IMG/VR virus record: IMGVR_UViG_3300018044_000001
Coordinates: 24,573 to 88,572 of that record
DNA length: 64,000 nucleotides
Source: a virus
Direction: 5' to 3' (one strand)
In this document: positions 20,378 through 29,484 of the stretch, piece by piece
Numbering within the stretch: the stretch's first letter is position 1
Layout: every line of letters starts with the position of its first letter
Translations under genes and position numbers: made by a program
The notes under the pieces: generated by a model
Told to the model about the DNA's origin: nothing
The model's database searches: none
What the model saw: the letters and a program-made list of their open reading frames with translations, nothing else

Positions 20378-20764
20378 CTAGTTTGGGTTGTGTGCTGCTA
20401 CGTGCGCGGTTGGCGCGTAAATGGTACAATCGCTAGACCCGTCACCATGGTCGGTATTCACCGACATGATCGGTCCGGCATCCTCGTCGCCAATGTAATC
20501 TTCTCTGTAGTTGATGCGATGGCGCGCATCGGGTATATCGTCAGGATGTGCCACCTGTACCATTGGGACGGTCATGCCAGACATGCCAGGACACGGGTGC
20601 AGGCGCGCGTGAGGTCGTGTCTCTAGTGTCTGGTCGCGGACAAGACAGGATGGACAGGCCCAGTAGGTTGTGATGGGTTGCAACTCGACAATCATGCTTT
20701 CTTTATTCTCCCCACATATGTCTCCTGCGCATAAAGACCTCACGGTCGTGCGCCCCTGCGGCAT
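20378..20764 (-). CDS. Hypothetical Cys/His-containing protein (true start may be ATG 20696)
   Basis: WACPSC...HPCP...DCTIYAPTA. Confidence 0.55.
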   Translation of the reverse strand: MPQGRTTVRSLCAGDICGENKESMIVELQPITTYWACPSCLVRDQTLETRPHARLHPCPGMSGMTVPMVQVAHPDDIPDARHRINYREDYIGDEDAGPIMSVNTDHGDGSSDCTIYAPTAHVAAHNPN

Positions 20765-21326
20765 TGCCCATCACATAAATGGGATCACTTGGTGCTTTGC
20801 CCGCACCAGGATGCAAATGTTCTACAACTGCCTCTTTAGCGAACGCCCATCGATTGCGATACTGTGCAACATGTCTAAGCTCGTCGTCACAATACTGATG
20901 AGAAAATTCCTCACATAGCACAACGCCGGGTGTTCCGTCGCCAGTGCCGCCACATTCGTTGATGTAATACCGGCTGACCAGGAAGTGGACGCCAGCCATG
21001 TTGTGCAGGTCGTTGATGCCTACCACGCCGTTGACTTCGTTCATCTTGATCATGGCCGACTCGAACCAACCTGCTCTGAAGGACAGGTCGTCGGCACCGA
21101 GGAACACGTACGGTTCCGTGCACGCGTGAAATGCCTTGTTGATCCTGACGGGGTACGTGCCGCCATCGTCTTCGATCAGCGTGACGGGTAGCGACCGTGC
21201 TGCGTCTGCGCACTCACCAGTGGCAACGACCACGATGCTGTAGCTCTGCGTGCTGTCCACGATGCTCTGCACGACAAGTGCGATGCGGTGCGGACGCATG
21301 AGCGGGATGAGGATCGCTACGCTCAC
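20703..21326 (-). CDS. Glycosyltransferase family 2
   Basis: VAILIP, FLGADDL (DD motif), VEHLHP; GGAGG SD. Confidence 0.8.
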   Translation of the reverse strand: MSVAILIPLMRPHRIALVVQSIVDSTQSYSIVVVATGECADAARSLPVTLIEDDGGTYPVRINKAFHACTEPYVFLGADDLSFRAGWFESAMIKMNEVNGVVGINDLHNMAGVHFLVSRYYINECGGTGDGTPGVVLCEEFSHQYCDDELRHVAQYRNRWAFAKEAVVEHLHPGAGKAPSDPIYVMGNAAGAHDREVFMRRRHMWGE

Positions 21327-21355
21327 TTGACAACCTCCGCGTGGGCGACTACACT
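21327..21355 (+). promoter_or_regulatory. Sigma70/SigA-type promoter for the plus-strand cassette
   Basis: TTGACA-17 nt-TACACT. Confidence 0.75.
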
Positions 21356-21500
21356 ACGTGATGTCAACATGGCATCACCAGATGGGAGATGCGGCAAGCG
21401 GTGACGCCCCGAGTCCGTTGGATCAAACCGTTAGGGCGACGGCCAGCGGTTGGGTACATCTCCCATTTGTTGAAAGCCATAACTTTCGGAAGGGACTGAC

Positions 21501-21875
21501 GTGAATCGCATTTTCAGGGCCGAGGACGGGGCCGAACTAAGGGAAGAGGACGTGCGGGCGCTGGCCGATGCAGCTAAGTACGCCATCACGATCGAAGAAA
21601 CCCGAGCAGCGGTCAAGGCACGGGATCGCATGCTGATGGCGCTCGCCCCTAAGCCCGCGCCGACGTGCGAGGCGACACTCGTGGTCCATGTCTGGTCCCC
21701 AAACCCCCTGGAGGACCGCTATGTCACGTTGCCCTGCGTCCTGCCGCCAGGGCATCATCCGTGCCCCGCCTTCTTGGACGAGCACGACTGCTGTCGCCAG
21801 TGTGGCAAGGGACCGGCTCACGAAAACCACGCGCCCTGCCACATGACCGCATCCGAGACATGGCGCGAACCTTGA
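21501..21875 (+). CDS. Hypothetical protein, Cys/His-rich C-terminus
   Basis: GTG start with AAGGGA SD, downstream of the plus-strand promoter. Confidence 0.55.
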   Translation: MNRIFRAEDGAELREEDVRALADAAKYAITIEETRAAVKARDRMLMALAPKPAPTCEATLVVHVWSPNPLEDRYVTLPCVLPPGHHPCPAFLDEHDCCRQCGKGPAHENHAPCHMTASETWREP

Positions 21876-22024
21876 TTTACATCGCACCAGGCACACCCGT
21901 ACACGAAGTCATCGCACTCATGTGGTGGCTGATCTGGCCGTACCTGCTGGCGCTACTGATCGTGCTGGTGGTGCGTGAGTGTGCTGTGCGATATTTCAAG
22001 CGGTGGGACAAGGAGCAGACGTGA
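21872..22024 (+). CDS. Small membrane protein
   Basis: TTGA and GTGA overlaps with neighbours; hydrophobic WWLIWPYLLALLIVLVV. Confidence 0.5.
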   Translation: MIYIAPGTPVHEVIALMWWLIWPYLLALLIVLVVRECAVRYFKRWDKEQT

Positions 22025-22383
22025 ACGACATCAGCACACATGCCAGGAGTGCCGTCTTTGACGGCGCGCTGACAGTTGCGGAGATCAATGAGCGGTACAA
22101 GGAGGCGTTCAGGAAGAACGGGTGCGACAGGGATGATGTCGCGTACTGGTCGTTGAGTGAGGCGCATCGGAGAGCGTTGAGCGCGCATACGGTTACGGTC
22201 GCGGCTGAGAGGACTAACAGGGTCCAGAGTGATCCAAATCGTGTGATGCCTAAGCAGATTCGCAAGTGGGCAGCGGAGCAGAAGATACCGCTGGGTAAGG
22301 GTGGGCGAGTGACGCCGCAGGTTGATCAGGCGTATCGGGAGGCACATGGGTTGGAGGTGCGGGAGTCAAGACGTCGGACGTAA
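22021..22383 (+). CDS. lsr2: Lsr2-like DNA-binding domain protein
   Basis: IRKWAAEQKIPLGKGGRVTPQVDQAYREAH matches the Lsr2 C-terminal domain; AAGGAG SD. Confidence 0.75.
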   Translation: MNDISTHARSAVFDGALTVAEINERYKEAFRKNGCDRDDVAYWSLSEAHRRALSAHTVTVAAERTNRVQSDPNRVMPKQIRKWAAEQKIPLGKGGRVTPQVDQAYREAHGLEVRESRRRT

Positions 22384-22996
22384 GGTGTGGGCAGATGCCG
22401 CCGTTGCTCTCTCTGCCACAGTTGCAGTTCCAGCACTGTAGGCAATACCTGTCTTGCGGATATCCCTGATCACGCAACCATCGGTAAAAGGTAATACCGC
22501 CATAAATGCCAATCTCTCGCCTGTGTGCAGCGCCATCGTTGTTGACGTGTCCGATTGTCAGGAATGCTGGCTCGGATTCTCCGCAGCATTCACAGGCACC
22601 GCCGTAGGTCGCGAACGTTTCGCTGCGCAACTTCTCTAGTCCAACTTTGTTGGACGCCAATCGGGCAGCGCGATTTTGTGGATCGGCATGATACCATTCA
22701 CGTCTGCGTCCAGACTGACAGGTGTGGCAGTAATGCGACCCGGCTATTCTAGGTTCGGTACCACATTGGCGACACCACGGATCGCAGTCCTCGCAACGAT
22801 CACGTTTCTTGAGTCGGGGCTTGATGCCACACAACTCACATGGCGGACGCGACAAAGACCACCAATCTTCGCTACCAGCACCGTTTGTGCGCGCCGTTTG
22901 ATATCGTTCACGTCGGTTGCTGTCGTAGCACGATTTGCAGAGTCGGGACCGACCACGACGGTTATCGTGCGTCCCGCATTGATCACATGACCACAT
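22250..22996 (-). CDS. Cys-rich HNH-like free-standing endonuclease
   Basis: Multiple CxxC; YGGACECCGE..LTIGHVNNDG...CWNCN...CPH; AGGAGG SD. Confidence 0.7.
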   Translation of the reverse strand: MWSCDQCGTHDNRRGRSRLCKSCYDSNRRERYQTARTNGAGSEDWWSLSRPPCELCGIKPRLKKRDRCEDCDPWCRQCGTEPRIAGSHYCHTCQSGRRREWYHADPQNRAARLASNKVGLEKLRSETFATYGGACECCGESEPAFLTIGHVNNDGAAHRREIGIYGGITFYRWLRDQGYPQDRYCLQCWNCNCGRESNGGICPHLTSDVLTPAPPTHVPPDTPDQPAASLAHPYPAVSSAPLPTCESA

Positions 22997-23080
22997 AGTT
23001 TGCCCTCCTGCTAGAAAGGGTGTTGACTGCGGTGCAGCATAGGCCGCTAGCAGACGACCTACGCTGCACCAACAGATACT

Positions 23081-23100
23081 AACACGCCATTACGGCGTGT
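23081..23100 (-). terminator. Hairpin after the capsid stop, possible terminator
   Basis: ACACGCC-GTAAT-GGCGTGT stem-loop; weak U-tract. Confidence 0.4.
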
Positions 23101-23113
23101 GTCGAATACTTAC

Positions 23114-26100
23114 CTACGCATCCGAATAGGAAGGAGGAGTCGTACCAATGCCGACTCCAGTGATTCCCTGGATTAAGCCATTCCATGCCGATGTTGTTAC
23201 TCACCGCATTCGGTGGGTCGCTTCATTTCTGAGCGGCTCTTGTCATCTCTGACAAGTCCAGATCATATCATCGTCCGTTTAGGACGCCCAGTACATGATC
23301 GTTGAACCTTCACCATCTTACAGGTGCTTGGCTGCTGATTGTCCCTACCGTTCGCTTCTCAAACCGTCACGCTTGCGTTTTCACGCTACGTTGTGGTGCG
23401 AACGTCTAGCAGGACGTTCCAGCAATTCTCTGAGTTTGCATCCATCCATTACTGGATGGTGGCCCCCAATCGAGGCGCATAGTGGCAGAACGTTCCGATC
23501 TCAACTTTGTTGTTACCGTTTACACGGGCCAGGTCATTTCTGCCTGACTCCCACCATCTCTGATGGGAACGGATCATATCTTCACCCGTTTGCACGGGGC
23601 ACCGTACATGATCTCTGAAGCTTCCCCAGTGAAGGGGCTCGCCTGCTGATTGTCCATAGCCATTGCTTTTCAAGCCTTCACGCTCGCCCTTTCGAGCCAC
23701 GTTGTAGCGCAATGGATTGGCTGGACGTTCCAGCAATTCTCGGTGTTGATTTTCATGCCTATTGCTAGGCAGCGACCCTGAAAATCCAGGTCGACGCGTC
23801 GTAGGTAAATTGAACTACTGGCCATTGCACAGCTCGCTCTTGTTGCCGCTTGCGCGGGACACATTTGGTGTGTCTCTTCATGTCTCCATGAAGGCCGGAC
23901 TATATCTTCACCCACTTGGGATGCTCAGTACATAGTCTCTGAACCTTCCCCTGTTTGGGGGCTCGGCTGCTGATTGTCCGTATCACCTGCTTCTCAAACC
24001 ATCGCGCTCGCCCTTTCGGGCCACGCTGTGGTGCAGGTGCTTAGCCGGAGTTCCCAGCAATTCTCTGAGTTGCAACTGCGTATCGCTACGCAGCGACGCT
24101 CGCGTGAACGTAGTCTTGTGGCAGTACCATAACCGATGTTTCAGCAACGTTGGAATCCGGTATCGGCAGGTTCTTCTGCCTGATCAGCGCATTACCCTGT
24201 GGAATCCACGGGTGCACAGTGATCGGAACACTCGAACCAGTCACTTCGTTCATCAATGTCGAGACAACGACGCCAGCGTGGACGCCGCCCATCTCTGACT
24301 GATTCACGAAGATACGATACGCGCTGCTCTGAGGGTTGTTCAGGATCGCGTTGGAAAGCTGCAAACGGTCGAAGCCGTTCATCCAGACTTCCTCCGGGTC
24401 ACTCTTCACAGCCTCATACAAGGAACCGAACGCATACTGGAACTCAACGCCAGGGTTGGTGGTGCTGAACGCCGCGTTCAACCTTGTCACATAGCCACCG
24501 GATGCGGCTACGTTGGTGAGCAATCCATCGTAGTTAGTTGCGACCGCAGATGCGTCAAGACCGTTCGATGGAGTAACGGCAGGACCGCTCTGTGGGAAGG
24601 ATGTCACATATCCGACGTTGTACCCGGTACGACCTGCGTAGTAGGCCGATGCCGAAGACGACACCGAGGATACGAACAGGTTGTAGCCAAGTGCTCCAGT
24701 GGAGTCTGTGCCAATTGTTACCTGGACGGCCTGACCGGCGGTCACGGAAACAGATGCAGCCGCAGTAGTTGCGGACTGGTGCATCGTAGATCCGTTGACA
24801 CCGAGCAGGTCACCAGCGTCGGCGGCCGCCGTCACCCACAACGTTGTCGTTGGGATGGTGGACTTGCCACCGGGAGCTAGGGATGCGCTGACTGCGGCTA
24901 GGGTCAATGCCCCTGGTGCAGCAAGAGCGCCCGCGTAGCCTGACTGGCTGCCGCGTCCGTAAAGCATGAGCCTTTCATCAATCAACATCGTGGAGTAGAG
25001 AAGGGCGGTGTTGCTCAAAGAACGTACGTCTTCGAAGCCCTGTCCCTGATACTCCCGTACTTGTGACCGTCCTCCAAAGGACGGGTCGCATCATTTCTGT
25101 GCGACTCTTCACGTTACCGTGAAGCGCGGACTATATCTTAATCTGCAAGGAGTCTCTTGCGACTCCAGTGTCCTGGCGATGCGCGCCATGCTAAGATGGC
25201 GGTTTGCAACTGGTCCCTTCGTCTTTGCTTCAGCCATGGCCACATGGCAACGGCTAGTGCATACGCATCGGCACCATGAGCACGATAGTCCCATAATGGC
25301 CGATGTTTCATGCTAGGCGATTGGCGCGGGCCGTTACACGTGCCCACTCCTGCCAGTTCGTGAAAGGTGCGGATTACGTCTTCGTCAATCATGCTGATAG
25401 CACAACGAAAACCCACCGTTGTAAAGGGACGTCCATCGGCCCGCACATACGAGCGTGGTCGACCCTGTACATACCCTTCACCTTCAAACACTCCAGCCAT
25501 CCAGGCTAGATTCTCGCGTGTCCAGTTTTTTGATCTGTTTGCAGATTCCATGCGCTTAGTCTCTGAGCCTTCCTCGTAGCTTGCGCCTTAGAGGCTTTGG
25601 TTGCTGATTACCCTATACTAGCACTTCTCAAACCGTCGCGCTCACGTTTTCACGTCACGCTGTGGTGTGCTTCGCTTCAGGGCGTCCCAGCAGTTTTCAT
25701 GGTTGTCATCTGCCTATCGCTAGGCAGCGGACCCTAGTTGAGCCTGCCACGATACTGAGTCCGATAGCGACGTTGTGACGTATGGAAGCGTCACGCTGTA
25801 ACCATCGTAGTTGATGTAAGGTCCACGAATGTAGCTTAACCCGCCAGGACCAGAGGAGTTCAGGTAGGATTCCGTGATACCCGGCTGCACCGTAGTGGCA
25901 CCGCCTGTTGATGTACCCGTGAACCCGCTGATCACCTTGAACTGTCGGTTAGCGCCTTGACCCTTGACTCTTGGAATCGAATTTCGCAAGGGTGTCGGAC
26001 GAGGCGTCAAAAGTTTGGCCGGAGCCTCACTAAAATGTTACTAAACTTGTCAGGTTTAGATCACGTCATTTCTGCGTGATTCTACGCGTCTCCGCGCAGT

Positions 26101-27412
26101 TCGGACTATATCTTAATCTGTGTGCTGTCCACATGAACATGGTTTGCCACGGTTGATATTCCATCGTTGGCATTGTGCCTTGGCTGGATACCAACCTTTG
26201 AGTGATGCGCTGATCTTGGCTTTCTCTTCTGGTGTGTGTAAGACACCTTTTTGAGATTCGCTTCTCTTGGCCCGAGATGCGGGCGACCAAACGTGACCGG
26301 GTTTGAATGTACCGGCGTTCGGGTGTCCTTTGTGAATCTCACTCAGTTTGGCGCGCGTTTCGGGTGTAGCGGTAGTCCCCGTACGCGCATTGCTAATCTT
26401 GCTGCGCGTAACAGAAGAATGCGAACGACCGTAAAATGGATTCCCATCACCAGTCATGGCGGCACTCCTGAGTGCCCTCACCTCTGGCGTAAAAACTGGA
26501 CCATCCTCGCCGCCCGCAGTACCGTTGGTGAGTCGACACCCGATCGACCGATAGTAGCCTATCCAATAATTTTCAGCTACCTGCCAGTCCGACGACGGCA
26601 CTTCCTGTACTAACGTGATCTGTGGATCATATCCACATCGCAGCAGTTTGGCTATCCAACGAGATCGCCAGTCGCCTTGGCCAATGCGTGCCTGACTGCG
26701 GTGACAGGATAGTCTGTCGGAAAGGCGTTGTATTGTCTTGCCTACGTATCGAATCTCATTGTCGCGTGGATCAATGAGCACGTAGATTTTTGTCATGCGT
26801 GACAACTTACAGATTCCACGTACATAGTCTCTGAACCTTCCTCGTGCCCTGGACGGGTGTAGAGGCTCGGCTGCTGATTGCCCTATACTAGCACTTTTCA
26901 AACCGTCGCGTCAAGTCTTTCGACTCCCGCTGTGGTGTGCTTCGCTTCAGGGTATTCCAGCAATTCTCGTGGTTATTGCCTGCGTATCGCTACGCAGCGA
27001 TCCCGAGGGGGAGATCGTAGGGGACCAAACCTGTGGTCACAGGCGTGGTCAATGTCCATTCTTTCTCCATCTCTTGCCAGTCAACAGCGCCCGCACTCTT
27101 TGCCATCTCGTAAGCATCAACAGCCTTACGTACGACACCAGCGCGGTCACTCCTCTTGGCAATTGGAGCTACAGGCCCATGCCCCGGGATAAAACCAGTT
27201 GCGATCGTATCCGGGGGTGCCTGCACAAAGCCGACATCGCCGTTCAAACCGGCAATCGTGGCCTTGGTCATTTCTGATAGGAACTCTTGACGATCCTCTG
27301 TTACCTCACGATCAGACTTTGCACTGAAGCGCAATGCGCCACCGTGTGCAGCCTGAGCACCAGGATCACGAGAACCGTCGAACAACTCCCTTGCATTTGG
27401 AAGGGACGGCAT
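23114..27412 (-). CDS. Major capsid protein, spliced from 6 exons: 27412-27012, 26029-25741, 25054-24108, 23834-23788, 23504-23473, 23188-23114 (596 aa)
   Basis: Exons total 1791 nt in one frame; junctions read YDL|EAPAK, WQA|EYQGQGFED, QDYV|AVQWP, DAST|FEIGT, HYAP|AWNG; follows the protease and scaffold genes. Confidence 0.9.
23189..23472 (-). ncRNA. Group I intron 5 of the capsid gene (284 nt, no ORF)
   Basis: P1 GCCT/GGGC; P3 CTCAG/CTGGG; P7 variant GATCA/TGATC; terminal G before GCATGG. Confidence 0.93.
23505..23787 (-). ncRNA. Group I intron 4 of the capsid gene (283 nt, no ORF)
   Basis: P1 CGACCT/GGGTCG; P3 CACCG/CGGTG; P7 variant GATCA/TGATC. Confidence 0.93.
23835..24107 (-). ncRNA. 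Group I intron 3 of the capsid gene (273 nt, no ORF)
   Basis: P1 ACGT|TC/GAGCGT; core P, Q, R, S elements; P3 CTCAG/CTGAG; P7 GACTA/TAGTC. Confidence 0.93.
25055..25740 (-). mobile_element. Group I intron 2 of the capsid gene (686 nt) with LAGLIDADG ORF in L8
   Basis: AACTGCTGGGA, AATCAGCAA, CTCAGAGACTA, AAGATATAGTCC; P3 CCATG/CATGG; terminal G. Confidence 0.93.
25138..25551 (-). CDS. Intron-encoded single-motif LAGLIDADG endonuclease
   Basis: LAWMAGVFEGEG motif; 137 aa. Confidence 0.85.
   Translation of the reverse strand: MESANRSKNWTRENLAWMAGVFEGEGYVQGRPRSYVRADGRPFTTVGFRCAISMIDEDVIRTFHELAGVGTCNGPRQSPSMKHRPLWDYRAHGADAYALAVAMWPWLKQRRRDQLQTAILAWRASPGHWSRKRLLAD
26030..27011 (-). mobile_element. 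Group I intron 1 of the capsid gene (982 nt) with GIY-YIG ORF in L8
   Basis: P1 CGATCT/GGATCG with U.G at the splice site; AATTGCTGGAA, AATCAGCAG, TTCAGAGACTA, AAGATATAGTCC; terminal G. Confidence 0.95.
26113..26796 (-). CDS. Intron-encoded GIY-YIG homing endonuclease with NUMOD3-like repeats
   Basis: KIYVL...RYVGKT...R...H...E; HTPEEKAKISAS-type repeats. Confidence 0.88.
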   Translation of the reverse strand: MTKIYVLIDPRDNEIRYVGKTIQRLSDRLSCHRSQARIGQGDWRSRWIAKLLRCGYDPQITLVQEVPSSDWQVAENYWIGYYRSIGCRLTNGTAGGEDGPVFTPEVRALRSAAMTGDGNPFYGRSHSSVTRSKISNARTGTTATPETRAKLSEIHKGHPNAGTFKPGHVWSPASRAKRSESQKGVLHTPEEKAKISASLKGWYPAKAQCQRWNINRGKPCSCGQHTD

Positions 27413-27433
27413 GTGTTACTTCACTTTCCGACC

Positions 27434-29482
27434 TTAACTCGCCAACTGCGCGCGCAACTCCTTGATCAACTCACGGTTGCCATCGCGGACGGTCAGGTCT
27501 GGGGTATCGCGAGCTTCGCGCTCAAGAGCTGCTATGCGCAGTTCCGTCATGTCGCGGCTCGCGGTTTTCATGGTCATTTCTGGTGTGCGGGTCTTTACCG
27601 GCCCACCAGGAGCTGCCATTTTCTTGACCCCATCCAACTCACTCTTCAACGTCTCGACTGTCGCCTGCAGACTCTGATTCTGCTCAACGACCTTTGCGAG
27701 ATGCTCTTCAATTTGCTTGGTTAGTGCCGCGTTTTCAGCAGCTTGTTTCTCTGCCTCTTCGGCCTTGCGCAGCTCCTTCTTGGCAGCCTTGCGCGCCGCT
27801 TTGGCTTCGATCTGTTCAGGCGTCAGTTCCTCTTCGTCTGCAGCCTTGGCCGCACCAGTCGCCTGGTTCGTACCGCTGGCGCTTTCGTTGTCTCCGTGAT
27901 CTGCCTCGTCCTCAAGGTCGTCATTTTCGTCCTTGGGGGCCTTTTGCTTGTTCTTCTTGTCGGCACCCTTCGCGTTGGAAATGGCGTCTGCCTCATCCAT
28001 CGCGGGCTTGCCCTTCAGTGCCTCACCAATGAGCTTGACGAGCTTTTCATCGCGCCCGTCGAGCACCTGTAGAAGCTCGTCGCCTGTCATATCATCAATC
28101 TCCTTGGCGAGTATCGCCTTAGTGGTTTCGTCGTCATCGTCATCATCATCGTCATCCGAGTCAGAATCGGAATCATCGTCCCCGTCGTCGTCATCGTCAG
28201 AATCCGACTCGGGGTCATCCACGCCCAACAGTCCACTGATCACAGCACGGGCAGCCACGAGGGCGCTAATCGAGTCTCCCGATAGTCTTGCACCTGATTT
28301 TTCTGCGGTGTCGTCCAACGCTTTCTCTGCTTGCGAAGCAACGGCCTCATGGAAGGCAAGCGTCGCCATCTGCCCGATTGCCGCAGACAAGATGTCCAGC
28401 ACGCACTCGGCACTGAACGTGTCGAACACGTCATTGCCCTCGCCAGCAGCCACCTCAATGGCCTCACGGTCACGGAACTGCCGCGTCAGTTCATATGCCT
28501 GCAGGATCAGATTGGCCGCGTCTGAAGCGATCACAGCGTCCGCTGCTTCCCATTCTGGCGAACCAGGCATAGCAGCAGCGTCGTCTGCAGCAGGTGCGGC
28601 AGGTGGTGCACCAGTTACGGAGCCACCAAGGAATGGGTTGTCACCGCTAACGACGCCATCCTTCTCAACAAGCTCGACACTCTTGGTAGCCAACGACCCG
28701 TCCGAGTTCCAGTTGTCTGGAATCTTGGACGACAAGTTCAGCGCCTTCGCGCGTGCGATGATGTGCTTACGAATGGCATCGTGGTCAGCACCGCCGCGAC
28801 CGACAGCATGGATCGCGTTGTCAAGGTCTTCGGCATCGGCAACAGGGTAGGCACCGTCAGACATGGCCTGACCACTGCTGGCCATCTTGTCGCGGTCAGC
28901 CTGCTTGTACTTGGCCTTGACTAGTTCCTCATATGCAGCAAGTGCTTTGTCGATCGTGGTGCGACCGTTGCCATCGTCGGACGATCCTGCGAACCCAGGC
29001 TGCGCGTTCAACTTGTCAGCGGGCGGCATCTGTCCATCGCTGCCAGTACCGTTGCAGTCTGTACATGTCTTGCCGTCAAGTAGCGTGCCGCTGCCATGAC
29101 ATGTCGGGCAGTCCTTGGCGGTTGGTACGGGCACACCACTTGCAGCCGTTGCCTTGGCAGCCTCAAGCAGTTCCTTCTCTGTCTGTCCGACCTTGGGAGC
29201 GTTGCCGGTGCCGAGACACTTCGGGCACTTGCGGTGGCCTTCCATGATCTTGCCCGTGCCCTTGCATTTAGGACAGTCCTGGCTGTCGTCACCGTCGTCT
29301 GTCTCGTCGTCGGCCTTGACAATCTCCATGTCAAGATTCTCCGCGACCTGTTCTAGGACTGCGCGAACCTCTTCGCTGGCAGACTTGGCAAGTAACGCTT
29401 TGAAACCGTTAGCACCTTTGCCCACGAGATGGAGTTCATCGGGATCGATCTCCTCGAACTCCGTGATAGCTACGTCTGTCAT
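27434..29482 (-). CDS. Scaffold-like head protein with DnaJ-type zinc-finger repeats
   Basis: Four CxxCxGxG repeats; GAYPVAD..DLDNAI..GR segment; Asp tract; C-terminal coiled coil; directly upstream of capsid. Confidence 0.7.
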   Translation of the reverse strand: MTDVAITEFEEIDPDELHLVGKGANGFKALLAKSASEEVRAVLEQVAENLDMEIVKADDETDDGDDSQDCPKCKGTGKIMEGHRKCPKCLGTGNAPKVGQTEKELLEAAKATAASGVPVPTAKDCPTCHGSGTLLDGKTCTDCNGTGSDGQMPPADKLNAQPGFAGSSDDGNGRTTIDKALAAYEELVKAKYKQADRDKMASSGQAMSDGAYPVADAEDLDNAIHAVGRGGADHDAIRKHIIARAKALNLSSKIPDNWNSDGSLATKSVELVEKDGVVSGDNPFLGGSVTGAPPAAPAADDAAAMPGSPEWEAADAVIASDAANLILQAYELTRQFRDREAIEVAAGEGNDVFDTFSAECVLDILSAAIGQMATLAFHEAVASQAEKALDDTAEKSGARLSGDSISALVAARAVISGLLGVDDPESDSDDDDDGDDDSDSDSDDDDDDDDDETTKAILAKEIDDMTGDELLQVLDGRDEKLVKLIGEALKGKPAMDEADAISNAKGADKKNKQKAPKDENDDLEDEADHGDNESASGTNQATGAAKAADEEELTPEQIEAKAARKAAKKELRKAEEAEKQAAENAALTKQIEEHLAKVVEQNQSLQATVETLKSELDGVKKMAAPGGPVKTRTPEMTMKTASRDMTELRIAALEREARDTPDLTVRDGNRELIKELRAQLAS

Positions 29483-29484
29483 GA

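Noticed and set aside
26797-26901. N-terminal extension of the 262-aa GIY-YIG ORF in the ORF track
   Set aside because: It runs through the intron Q and R elements; the protein motif starts at ATG 26796
23189-27011. Repeated blocks read as a CRISPR array or dispersed DNA repeat
   Set aside because: The repeats are group I intron core elements; no regular repeat-spacer period and no cas operon
24086-27412. Three capsid-like ORFs each ending ...AA-TAG, suggesting amber recoding or separate genes
   Set aside because: The shared ending comes from the introns' common 5' hairpin (GCTGC(G/C)TAGC); splicing explains the frames, and TAG is a normal stop elsewhere
28128-28215. (TCG/TCA)n low-complexity repeat
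   Set aside because: Simply encodes the Asp/Ser tract of the scaffold protein
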